Both the position numbers and the translations under genes were made by a program. DNA of 61,000 nt from Lama guanicoe. Lineage: Eukaryota. Numbering within the stretch: the first letter of the stretch is position 1; every line of letters begins with the position of its first letter. The stretch spans positions 122,697-183,696 of the forward strand of contig MU053911.1 in the NCBI GenBank assembly GCA_013239625.1, written 5' to 3'. The notes beneath the pieces were generated by a model. The model was not told the DNA's origin and did no database searches. It saw only the letters and a program-made list of their open reading frames with translations. This document shows, piece after piece, positions 38,301-50,300 of the stretch.

Positions 38301-41300
38301 TTTGTTTTCAGCAGCCTTTAACTTGGGACCCAGCTCTGCAGCTGTCCCCATCCAGCGCGCCAGGTCAGGCAAGACAGAAACCAGTGCCGCAGGCACTGCC
38401 TAGACATGCCAGAAAGTTGCATGCAAGTTTCACTCTTTTTATCCCAGTGGAGGAGCTGGAAATTAGAAGGCTTCCTTGTGATTGTGGCGCACTGTGCAGG
38501 GGAGGAGGGGAGGGCTACGATGGGCAAGATGCCATGAGCTTTCCTACCCTTTTTGGTGCAGGTTTTCTTGGTAAATAATCCACGTAAGTGATGCAGATTC
38601 TTAACTGGTTTCTAGAGTTCACATAAAGGTATTTTGGCTGGTGTATGTTGTTAACTCTGTGTCTCCATGGGGGAATGGGGGCCTTGGAACTTCTTTAGTC
38701 CTCTGTCTTGCTGGTGTTTTATGCTGTATTTAAGTTTTAACTTACGTGAAAAGCTTAGGAAAAAGAGAAAATGATATAAAGTGTATTTGATGCCTAGGAT
38801 TTTTAATAAAATGTTGAGACACTTTCAACATTTACTAACTAAGACTCTTCTATTTTCATAGTAGATCTGGCATTATGGTAATCAACATATGACTATAAAA
38901 ATGAGGAAAATGTATGCTGTGCATGAATCTCTGTAAATGTGAGTTAGGGGTCTCACAGTAGATCTGTGTTTCTGTTTGATTATGTGCTTCTCCTTAAGTA
39001 GCTCAGGATAAGGTACCAGACGGAAGTCTTACATATGAGCATCAAGCCTTACCATCGACAACACAAGAGCAAGCAAACACACAAAGGACGCCTGGAGGTG
39101 AAACAGACGTTAGTAAGTATGATAATTTCCGATAAATTTAAATTATTTTAATTAAGCTCAGAAGATTTTTTTATTTCATGAATATGTGTCTGATGTTACA
39201 TTTTATGCAACATTTCTCGTTTCTTGGACCATCGTTGTAAATACGCTAAGACCATTAGAGAACAAAAGTCAGAGAGTTCATAGCTTTCGCTGGTATTGCC
39301 AGCTGTATTGTTTCACAGCCGTGGGGCATACAGTCGGACACTCAGTTTCAGAGCAATGATTTTCTTGCAGAGGGCGCCGCACCCTGTGGCAGTAGTCTGC
39401 TGCCACAGACTGTGACTGGTGAACAGGACTGCTGCTGAGAGCTGTAGCTCAGACAGCAACTGGGGATCAGTGGGTCCAAGGGAAGAGTATCCTGAGAGGC
39501 CTGTGGGGGAGCCTCAAGTGCCTCCTCTGTGGCTCCACTGAAAGGAGTGGTCTTTGTGGTAACCTAATGAGTAGATGCCACCAAGAACCCCCATAAGGAA
39601 GATGAGAGTGCAGGTAGCCAAACCTCCCCACTCGCCGCGGGGCCTCGCTTTCATTTGCTGAGGTGGAGGGGGCCGGGGCTTGACAGGCTTCCTCTTTGGA
39701 GTGGGAGGCTACAGGTCACGCCCAGGGGCTTCGGTTAGGTGCTGGGTAGCTGTAGTAATGGTCCAGTCACGTTGCTGCATGTGGGTCAGGAGGACCGCTG
39801 GCCCTTGCTTGGTGGTGCCCTGGGGGGGATGTGCTCCCTCTGGGTGCAGGAGGTTTCCCAGGCATGGCTGTTTGAAGACAGAGAGTTGAGTTCATGTAGC
39901 TTTCTGGAAGGACATCAGTGAGGCGTTGCAGTCCATTCCCCACGGGGCAAGCTGACCGTGATCTCCATGTGGACAGAGATGCTGCCTCGGGTGTGTCATT
40001 GTCTGTTATAAAACACCGAATCCCCTCGCCTGGACAGTAGCTTCTGTGGCAGTCACAACGTCACAGACAGCTGGTGCCCGGGACTGCGTCACTGAGCTGC
40101 CAGTTGTCACTGGAGCTGTGCACACACAAGGACCTATGCCCAGGTCCACTGAGCTGTTGAATGAAGAAGCAATCTCAGGGACAGTTTCTGCTTCATTAAG
40201 CTGATCAGTAAGGACAATTATTTATTCTTCTTCCTTAGGCATTTCTTTTTGAGAAGCAAGGCACTAGGTTCTGGTAGTTGGATGGTGTCACAGCCTTCCG
40301 CCCGTCTTGCTAAAGTGGCAGGTTCCATCAGGACTTAGGGGTGGTTCAGGTAGGAGTTCGTGTTAGCAGTACATCTATCCCAATGATATGTTCTGTAGTG
40401 GGGGCCACAGCGTAGGGATTTTGAGGTGGCCTGAGTGGACGCACTGTTGATGTGGGGTCTGGGGAGTTTTCCCGTGGTTGGTGGCTTTGGACTACCGCCT
40501 CAGCATTATCACTCCCCCCTCACTGGGTGTCGGGGGTTGTGGGGAACACAGTGGTCAGAGCACCAGCACCCCAAAGGCCTGGGTGTGCAGTTCTCCTGCA
40601 CGTCTCTGCTGAACTCTGACTTCAGCACAAGTCCTCACACTCCCCCTGGGTACCTGGGGCCTGCCCTAACCCGTGGTCTTGTTTATTCTGAAACCCATAG
40701 CATCTTGGTAGAAGCTGGGAGAGTGCTCTGATTCGTGGTGCGTGTCCCTGGGAAAAGCAGAAGCGTGGTGTCTGCGTTAGTCCGGCTCGCCTTACCCCAC
40801 TGCCTGGTCATTGGCACACAGCCCATCAGTCTGCTCCTCTGAGACCCTGTTTTGGGGTAAACACACGCTTTGATCTCTTTAAGTCCTTTGCCCGCATGGT
40901 CCAGGAGGGGTTACTAGCCTGCCGTTTTTACATCACTCTCTCTTCTGATCAGTCCTTTCTTCCTGGTGTTATCCACTACTACGTGTCCAGAAAGTTGCCA
41001 GTTAAGGTCAAGGTTATGCTGTGTTCCACTGCACATATGTGCTACATCTTCTTCATCCGTTCATCTAGTGATGTGCACTTACGGTGTTTCCGTATCTTGG
41101 CAGCTATAAATAGTGTTGCTGTTAATAGTGGGGTGTATATATCTTTTTGAATTAATGTTTTTGTTTTTCTCGGATATATGCCCAGGAGTGGAATCACTGG
41201 GCTATATGGTGGTTCTACTTTTTGGTTTTTGAGAAACCTCCATGTTGTTCTCCGTAGTGGCTGCACCAATTTGCATTCCCACCAAGAGTGTACAAGGGTT

Positions 41301-44300
41301 CCCTTTTCTCCGCATCCTTGCCATCATTTATGTTTGTGTTGTTTTTGATGGTGGCCATTCTGACAGGTGTGAGATGGTGTCTCATTGCGATTCTGAGTTG
41401 CATTTTCCTAGTATTAGTGATGTTGAGCAACTTTTCATGTTCCTGTTGGCTGTCTGCTTTTCCTCTTTTGGAAAAGTGTCTGTTCAGGTCTTCTGCCCAT
41501 ATTTTAAATGGGTTAGGTTAGTTGGTAGTTTGTTTGCTTTTTAACTGAAGTACAGTTGATTTAAAATGTTGGAAAGAAGATTATGTTGTAGACCAATTTC
41601 CCAGACCTTATGAAGATGTTTGATTGAGTTTGGTGTCCAAGAGTAGTGGCACAAATGAACTGAGAAACCTGAGTCTGGTTAAAAAAAAAAATTCTCGTCA
41701 TCTACATCATTATTCCTTCACTGTGTATCCTGGTACCACCAGGGTGGCTCATGGAGTCCCTGTGGTCTTTTCAAGTACACTTAGAACAGGTTCTACACAG
41801 ACAAAGATGAGCCATCTGTCACATCCTGACCAGGACCCAGCCAAGGAAGGAGAGAGTCTTGGATGCTGGCTGTGTTTTTTCGTACTCCTTTCTTGCACCT
41901 CCTTGTGCGATGTGGCCGCTGTCAAGTCCTCCAGGAAAGGGTTTCTGTATTAGCAACGCAACAGGTTTTCAGGATCACTTCCTTAACAAAATACTTCTTT
42001 AAATGTGAAGATGAGCTACCCACATCTCTAAGGTCTCCTCAGGTCACTGGGAGAATTGGTGCTAAGGACTCTGCCTTCCTTTTCATTAAATCTTGCATCT
42101 CAGGAGTCACTGCGTCACGGGCCGAGCATCAGTCCCAGGAGCATTAGAACTAACGGTAGTCATTGAGTGCAGGGTCGCCAACAGCTTTCAGGCCCATGAC
42201 TGATGGAACTGTCATTAACCTAGGAATTGCTTCCCAGTTTTGTCAAAATCCCTCTGTTTGATGTTTAATTTGACCCAGCCACTGGGCATCTTGGCCAGTA
42301 AAACAGGGCCGTTAAAATAGAAGGACTGTAGTTCCTTCAAAGAACAAACAAGTAGCTGTAACGATAAAACAGGGCTCTCCTAAAGCACGTTGCACAGTCC
42401 GCCAGCACCTCCTGAGACGCGGTGACCGGAGTGCTCACGTGCCCGGTGGGCCTCTGACTCTTGTAGATGAGCTGGTCGTGCCCCTTACAGAGCCCTGAGG
42501 ACGCACTGGGGCTCCTTCCAGGAGGGGACTGTGCTCCACTGACCACTCTGATGGCTGCGCTGATTTGTCAGGGAGAGGGCTGCCGGTTCTTGAGTTGGTC
42601 ACTTAAGATAGAAAGTAAACTGAAAGCGGGAGTAAGCGTTAATCACACACTGTGGTAGTAGAAGAGTCTGTACTGGCTGGTGCCAGCTGCACCAGTGCTC
42701 CGTCCCCTGAGAGCAGCCTCGATGGGGGTCAGAGCTAGCCGTGCCGACAGGGCTGGCTGGAGGATGGTCATCACAGCTGGGGGAGCCCCAGACAGAGAGC
42801 TGCTTCTGCCTATTGACTGGAGGCTGAGATGAGGTGGAGGTGGAGAGGGCTAGGAATGCGAAAGCACTGGGGACGGAGTCAGAACCAGTGAGAATGTCTG
42901 CAGGGGCCGGTGGAAGGCGGTCTGGGTCAGTGCGCTGCCCGAGGGGACCCACCAAAGATGCCTCGGCGTCGAGGTGCCCAGACAGAGAACGCAGATCCCG
43001 CCAGCCTGGAGGGGCCTTAGTCCATGACTGCAGCTTCCTCTGGTGTCTGCAGGTCTCTGGCCGTGCCTTGAGTGCAGTGGGGGTGGGGGAGGACTTCCAA
43101 GAAAGACAGCTGCCAGTCAAGCCTTTGTGATTGTCTGAGGTTGGGCCTGAAAGATCACACGGAAGATGTTGGCCTGGGGTCAGTGCCTCAGTTTAAACAC
43201 ATGCGCATCCACATACGGGTGCATGTAGTGAGCTTACCCATACAGTCATCCTCACGTGTGCTTCCATTCCACGTAAGGCAGACTGATCCTGGTCTTTTGC
43301 GTGAACAGGAATATTTAAAAGGGCACTTGTGATATCAGCTGCTGCATACCTGCTTCTCTCAGCTGGACAGTAAACCTCTGTGGAGGTCACAGCAGCATGT
43401 GACACCCGGGTCCAGAGCTGTACTGTGGCCTTGAGCCACACGCATCCATTAAAAAACCCTTCTCACCATTTTTATATCACATCTAGCATTATAATAATTA
43501 TAATTTTTTAAAATGGGAGAAAGTGCTGATGTACGTTAGTCAGTAATTTGAAAGTATAGAGTCAAACAGTATTTCTGTTTTACCACTTGTTGCACTGAAT
43601 ACCTCTCTTTATGTAGCTCATGATGAAGGACCAGCTGAAAACCCTATGCTTGAGCATCAGGGCTCAGTGTTGGAAACCCAGCTGGAAGCAAAGAAACAAA
43701 GACCTTCTGAAGGGAAAAGACTCAGTGGTAAGTATACTAATTATAGATAACTTTAAATTATTTTCAATTAAACTCCTCAGAAGGTCATTTTTCTTTGGTT
43801 CGTGAATATGTATTTGAATATATATTTTATAGAAATCTTATATCTTGACTTAAAGTGTGAATACCCTAATTTTAACTAGGGAACTAAGACAAAATTACCC
43901 GTACCCTTTGGTTGGTATTTCTGGCCCCGTGGGTGTTCCGTGGTCATAGGTCAACCACTCAGTATCCACCATGGTTCTGTAATAGGCCAGTAAATGTCTT
44001 GTAAAGATTGTGTACCTCCCAGCTGGCTCCTGGAGATAGGAGTTTGAAAGCCCAAAGGGGGGCCTCTGCCCTATGTTGGCGGTCTTCTGCCATAGCCTCC
44101 AGTTGGTAAACAGAGATACTGCCGAGTTCTGTAACTCAGAGAGCACGTTGGGTATAAGGGTGCAGGGGGAGGCAGGGCCTCGCAGGGCCTCCATGGCAGC
44201 CTCTTGGTCGTGGCCCCACTGAAGGGAGGTGCCCTCACGGACCCTCCATGGGGAATAGTAGTGTGCACGTCGTGTGACTGCCCCGCCGACACTGGGCCTT

Positions 44301-47300
44301 CTTTCCACTTGTTGCGGTAGAGAGGACCAGCGCCTGGGACTCATCTCTGTAGTGAGGTGTCTGCCCCTTACAGATCATACTCAGGAATTTTATCAGGGCA
44401 CCAGGTAACTCTGCTTTGTCTGTAGTAAAGGCCCCACTGAGTATCCAGCCTTTGGCAGTGCCCATGTTGGGCCCACTGAGAGGATGTCATCAACAGAGAG
44501 GACGTCTGCTGTGCCCTGAGTGGGACTGTGAGCGTGTGTGTAGTGAGCTGAAGGGCCACGCCCTCCGTTGGATCTGGGTAAGGAGCCCATTGATAATAGC
44601 CTCCGACCTAATGGCCAGACCCCTTACCCAGACCCCTTACCCTCACCTAGTGAACACTGTGTCTCTACCTCACCCTGGTGTCAGGGGCTGAGATCAGTCA
44701 CAGTCCCGTTATCCAAAAGGCCCGAGAGATCCAGTTCTTTCCCGCCTCCCCATTAAACTCTGACCTTAGCCTAGATCTTCATGCTCCCACTGAGGACAGA
44801 GGAACCTGGTCTAACCCACTGTCTTGCTCATCTTTGAAAGTGGAGAGTGCTTGATAAAGGCTGGTGGGCTCTCAGATTCTGGTGAAGATTCAGCAGAAGG
44901 AGATGATGAGCAGCACATGTGTTGCTCACAGGGGCTGTCAGCACGTGGCCCCCAGGTCAGCCTCCTTCTGGGCATCCCTCGGCCCCTGCAGGCCGCGGTT
45001 CCTTGGTAGCGAGCCCTTTGGCCTGCTTCTTTGACCCTCATCATTGGATGTTCCTGTAGGTCTCTTTTAGAGACCTAGGCCCGGATTGTCTGGGAGCAGG
45101 TTCCTGGGGACCATTTTCACGTTGCTTTATGGTTGGTAAGCCGCTGCTGCCCTGGCAGCAGGGCCACCAGGTTGTCAGTTAATGCCCAGGTTGTGAGCTG
45201 CCCCGTGACCAGACCTTATGAGGAGGTTTACTTGAGTTTGAAATTAGAAAGACTGGAATAAATGAATCAAGAAGTCTGGGTCTGGTGAAGAATCTCCATC
45301 CTCACTCCATCGGTGTAGACTCTGGGACCACCAGCGTGGCTCAGAGGGACGCTCTCATTTCTGCACTGGTGGTGTGGACATGGTTTTCGGTGGCGGGGAA
45401 CTCATACTCATCAGAGGTGGGCCATCCTGTCAGAGCCAGAACTGGACCCAGCTGAGGACGGAGGGGGTCTCCAGTGTTTGCTCTTTTCATTCCCCCCTTT
45501 CCCACCTCGTCAGCAACGTGACTGCTCCCAAGACTCTCTGAAGAACGTGTTGTGTAGTGACAAGCTCAACAGTGCGTGCGCCCTTTTCCACTAAGTTTAA
45601 CAAGATGAATTCCTTCAACATGGAGGCAAGCTACCAGGGTTTAAGATCTCTTTCATAGCTGGGAAAAGTGACCCCGTGGTTCTCATGTTTGTTTTCACTA
45701 AAGCACGTGGCCCAGTAAGTCACAGGCTGACCTCAGTTCCAGGAACAAGCTCAGAGCCGAGCACGGTCCCTGGGCGCACCGCGACGAGGGGTGGCCCCGG
45801 TGACGTTGGCCCCACCGCTGGCAGCACTGCCGGACCCCCAGCAGTCGCCACAGGTTGTGTCCCTGGGCTTCTCAGAGCCCCTCTGCCAAGTCTCTAACTT
45901 GACTGCCCTGCAGGTGTCCTGGCCAGCGGATCGAGATCTGAAGGGAAGAACCTTTGCCCCCCAAGCTGAAAGCCCGTCTGCAAGTAACCCTTGCCCGCCG
46001 GGAGCGCCCTCGTGGCCGCAGCGCTGTCGGCACATGCTGGCCCCCTGCTGATGGCCCTGCAGCGCCCTCCGCCGCCCCAGCCCGCCGTGGCCCCGGACTC
46101 ACTACGCCCCCTGAGCTCTGCCTTCCACAGGGCACTGGGCTTACCGCCCCTGCTTGCTGCTCCAATTTGAGGGGGAGGTGCCGGTTCCCGGGATGGCCAA
46201 TTAAAGTAACAAGCCAAACTCAAAGTAACAATCAAGCCTTTATTCACGTACTGCAATAGTGCAGGCGAGAGGAAAGGCCCCGGCTCCAGCAGCGCTCTGT
46301 TTCCGCTCTTGAAACAGCAGGGGTGAGGGTAGATGCACCAGTGCAGACTGGACTGAGACGTGGGAGAGGACGGTCCCACGGCTGAAGGAGCCCAGACAAA
46401 AGGCTCTTGCTGTTTTGTGGGTCCTGTGTCCTTGGGAGGTAGTGGTGGGAGGGCTGGGCGGAGGCTCGTCCTGAGTGCCAAGTCGGGCCTGAGGAAAGGG
46501 TCTTCCAGCCCCACCCGCAAGGCAATGTAGGCAGTGTGGTGCGTGAGTGGGCCGCTGCACAGGTCAGTGCCCAGTGAGCCCCCGCTTACCCCCACCCCTG
46601 CCAGGAGGCTTCCCATGAGGTGAGCGGACTCGGAAAGCAGCGGGATGAGAGCGTGGCGGGGAAGGCAGCGGTGTCCACAACCACAGCTACCTCGAGTCTC
46701 TTGTGGGCTGAGGCGCTCCTTTCCCCGTGAAAACTGCCGGGTCGGCCTCTGATTGTCTCAGATTGTGCCCAGCCTGGAGTCGGCCTCCTTCAGTACATTC
46801 ACGTGTTTACATAAACGTATATACGTATCCACATATGATCCATACACACGTGTGCCACAGACTTGCATGTGTGCATACAAACCTGCGTAGACGCGCTTAG
46901 AGTTCATGATACATCTTGGAAATCTTCGATTTGGTCCATTCCCTCAGGGCTTATTCTTGCCTTCTTCTGTTTCCTGTGTGTGTATTTCTTCCACGTGTGA
47001 GTCCTGACGGAATAACATAACACGTTCACTCATTTGTTCCATCTCGCTGTGCTTCTAACATGATTTTGGAATTGCTTAGCACAGAGGTCTAGAAACACCA
47101 GCCAACTGGAGATGCTCGCCGTGTGTTTACAATCTCCAGCCTCTGCCCGCTGGCGAGGGTGTGTGTCAGACACTGTGCTGATGAGTTGCTGGCCTTAGTG
47201 CTTTTCTCTCTCACTAGGCTCATTTCTTTAAGTTTGCTTTCAGTTTTAGTTCCTTTTTTGTGATTTAATTTATTTTTGAAATATTTGGAAGATGAACCTG

Positions 47301-50300
47301 TTTCTCAAGGTAAAAAGCATGCATCCAGGTGTCTTAGAGGAGAGCTGTCTCTCCCCCAGCTCTCTCCCTTTCGTCCTGCAGGTAACCAGCTCCATTATTT
47401 TCTGTCTCACTTATTTCATTTTGTAAAGGTAAGTATCTCTAATTCTCTTTCTTATTTCCCCTTCTTCCTTATCTAGTATGTACCTTGCAAGATTTTCCCT
47501 TTTGGGTTTTTTCCCCTGCTTAATATTGTCTCCTTAAAATCTCTCCAATTCAATTTATAGAGGTTCATTTGATTCCTTTTAACTATCTACACACAGCTGT
47601 TTGAACCATATTTACTGTAATTTATGAAGTTTGTAGTACATACTAGCTTATTCACTCCCATGCATGAACATTTATGTGCAATTACAAGTAATGCTGTAAT
47701 TAGCAAATTGTACATATGCGTTTTATTGGTTGGTCTATGAAGTCAACATGATCTACAAAACATATAAATAACCTAAGAGAAACAGAGACAAATATAAACT
47801 ATATGTAATGCCTAGAAATGTTTATGAAGTAATGAGAAAGCTTCAAAACACATCTATTAAAATGCTTTTCACAATAACCTTACTAGATCTAGCATTATGG
47901 TAATTTAGTTATAACTTCATAAAAATGAGAATATTACTGTGTGTTTGTTATAAATTTGACATATAGAGATTTCACAATAGACGTATTTTTCTATTTAGTG
48001 GACTAAATATGTATCTCACGTAGGTTATGATAGAGCATCATATGAAAATCGTACGCCGGAGCACCAAGAACCAGCGTCAGAAACCCGACCAGAAGCACAG
48101 AGACAGAGAGAGAAGAGACTCCGTAAGTGTAGGTACAGGTAGCTTTAAATGACTGAATATCCATTACAGCCAAAGACCTTGTCCTCTGGCTCATAAATCT
48201 ATTTCACTGTAGATCTTGTGGTAACGTTACGCTTGGACTCGAAGCATAACCTGCCCTCAGGTGACCAGGGCGCCAAGGCTGGAGCGTCCGCAGCTTTGCT
48301 CGGGATTTCCGGTTGTCGTGCTTTTCGTAGCCGTGGGTCATGTGCTCATTATCCACTAACACCAGTAATAGGCAAATAATTGTCCTTCAAAAGGTGTGTG
48401 CCTTTCAGGTAACTCCCCGAAGTGAGGAGCCCACCAGCCCAGTTCAGTCCAGTGTCCTGTGCAGCCGCCTCCTTCCAGAGACTCTAACTGCTGGACAGAG
48501 GAGGTGCTGTGAGCTGTAACTCAGCAGCAGGTCAGGGGCCTTGGGGAAGAGAGGCCGGGGAGGCCCGTTCGCTGGCCTCCAGAGCATCCTGTTGGTTGAC
48601 AGCCACTTAAATGAAGAGGCCTTTTGGGTAACTCAACAGATGGTTGCAGTTAGCACCGCACTGGGGAGCACGTGAGTGCGAGCAGTGGATAATCCCACAG
48701 GTTTCCGGCCCTTCCTGTGTGTGTTGGGGCCGAGAGGACAGGCGCTGGCAGTTGTCACCCCTGCAGTGATGCACGTTGCCATTTTCCCTGGGTTCGCCTG
48801 GGTGCAAGGTCCTTGTACCACATCCCCGTTAATGACCCGGCTGTGTTGCAGAATGCAGGTGAACGTAGTGTCCAGTCCTGGTTCGGTAGTTCCCTTGCCT
48901 GGGCCCACCAGGACGATGTCACCAGTGTAGTGGGAGGCTAATGCCCCATCTGGGAGCGGGACTTGTTTCTGCTTGTGGCCTTGCGAAAGGATGTTTCAGG
49001 TGTATTGCAGCCCATTACACACAAAACTGACCCTGATCATTTACGTGGACAGGGTGCTGCAGAGGGCATTTGCGATACGAGTGGCTTCGCACCTGCTTCC
49101 CTGGGCTCAGGCAGTGGCCTCTGTGGCCGTCACAGTGGCAAGCGGTACCAGCGTCCTGATCTGTCTGCACCACAGGGTTAAACTGCCTGTAACCAAATGA
49201 GTTGACAGGCACCTGAGGCCGTGTACGCAGCTGACTTAGGTACTGACTGGAGGAGCGGTCTCAGAGAGGTCATTGGCTTGCTTAAGCTCAGCAAAGAGGG
49301 CAGTAATTTCTTTCTCTTCCCTTAGTGGCTGTCTTTGAAGGCAGATGTCTAGCACTGGTGGTCTGGTAGGTTTTCAGCCTTCCATCTGCCCCACTGCCAT
49401 GGCCCCAATGGCAGCGCTGCTCCCCAGGGCTGGGAGCTGATGCGAGTTGGAGTTCACAAAGAAGATACGTCTATACTAATAACACACCCAGTCGTGGGAG
49501 CTAGAAAACGAGAGGCTTATGGTGCCCAGGGGAGTCCCCCCAAGCCCATGGCCGGGTGTAAGTGAGGGTCAGGTGGCACCGACTACCCCTCCTCCTGGTG
49601 TCGGAGCTGTGGAGATAACAGTCATCGGCAGGCTGGTATCCAGATGACCCAGGGAGTGCAGGCTCCTCCCACTGCCTCTTGGAAGTCTGAGTTGGCGTAC
49701 ATCCTCAGATGCCACTGGGGACATAGGGACCTTGGCCCAACCCCTAATCGGTTTATTCTTAAACTCAAGCATTCTGGGCAAACATAGGCTGAGCTCTCTG
49801 ATTCTGGGAGGGGCAGAGACAGGAGCACGTGTCCTGGCACTAGTGTCCTCACCGTTTGGTTCTCGTGGGGCTGCGTGTTGGCCCCCGTGGCTTCCTGGCA
49901 TAAGATGCTCGGTGGAGAGTCCGTGCCTCCCATCCTCGGGGTGCTGTCGCTGAGGAGTTAGGCAGTGCCAGGGTGCTCGTTGTGGGGGGTGAACCTCTCA
50001 GGAACCAAATGTCAGCCAGCAGCAGGAGGACTGTGTCAGGTGTTGGTGTCTTTTCCCTGTCCCTTTCCTTGACCTCTCTGGGCAAAGTGGCCCCTGCCGG
50101 GGCACTCAGAACCCGGGGTCTGCAGTGACGTGGCCAGCAGCTGCCGCTGTCCCTCCCCACGTCCACAAGGGGCGCGCCTCCAGGGTGGCGGCTCCGTCTC
50201 CTCAGGCTGCTGGTCAGGTGAGACTGAGAGATCTGGATTCTTTTTCATTGAACACGAGTCTCAGAAACGCTGTATCACAGCCTGTCCACCAGTGCTACAG

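Noticed and set aside
43620..43805. ORF-track peptides overlapping exons (43620-43805, 20001-20195, 48003-48194, 50857-51078)
   Set aside because: Wrong frame or strand; the splice-phase-consistent frame gives the CCDC7-like peptides
43895..44344. Domesticated retroviral pol gene
   Set aside because: Only short degenerate fragments that differ between copies; no intact catalytic YxDD frame seen
45894..46616. 240-aa minus ORF across the LTR and leader
   Set aside because: GC-rich sequence with few stops by composition; no gag motif recognisable
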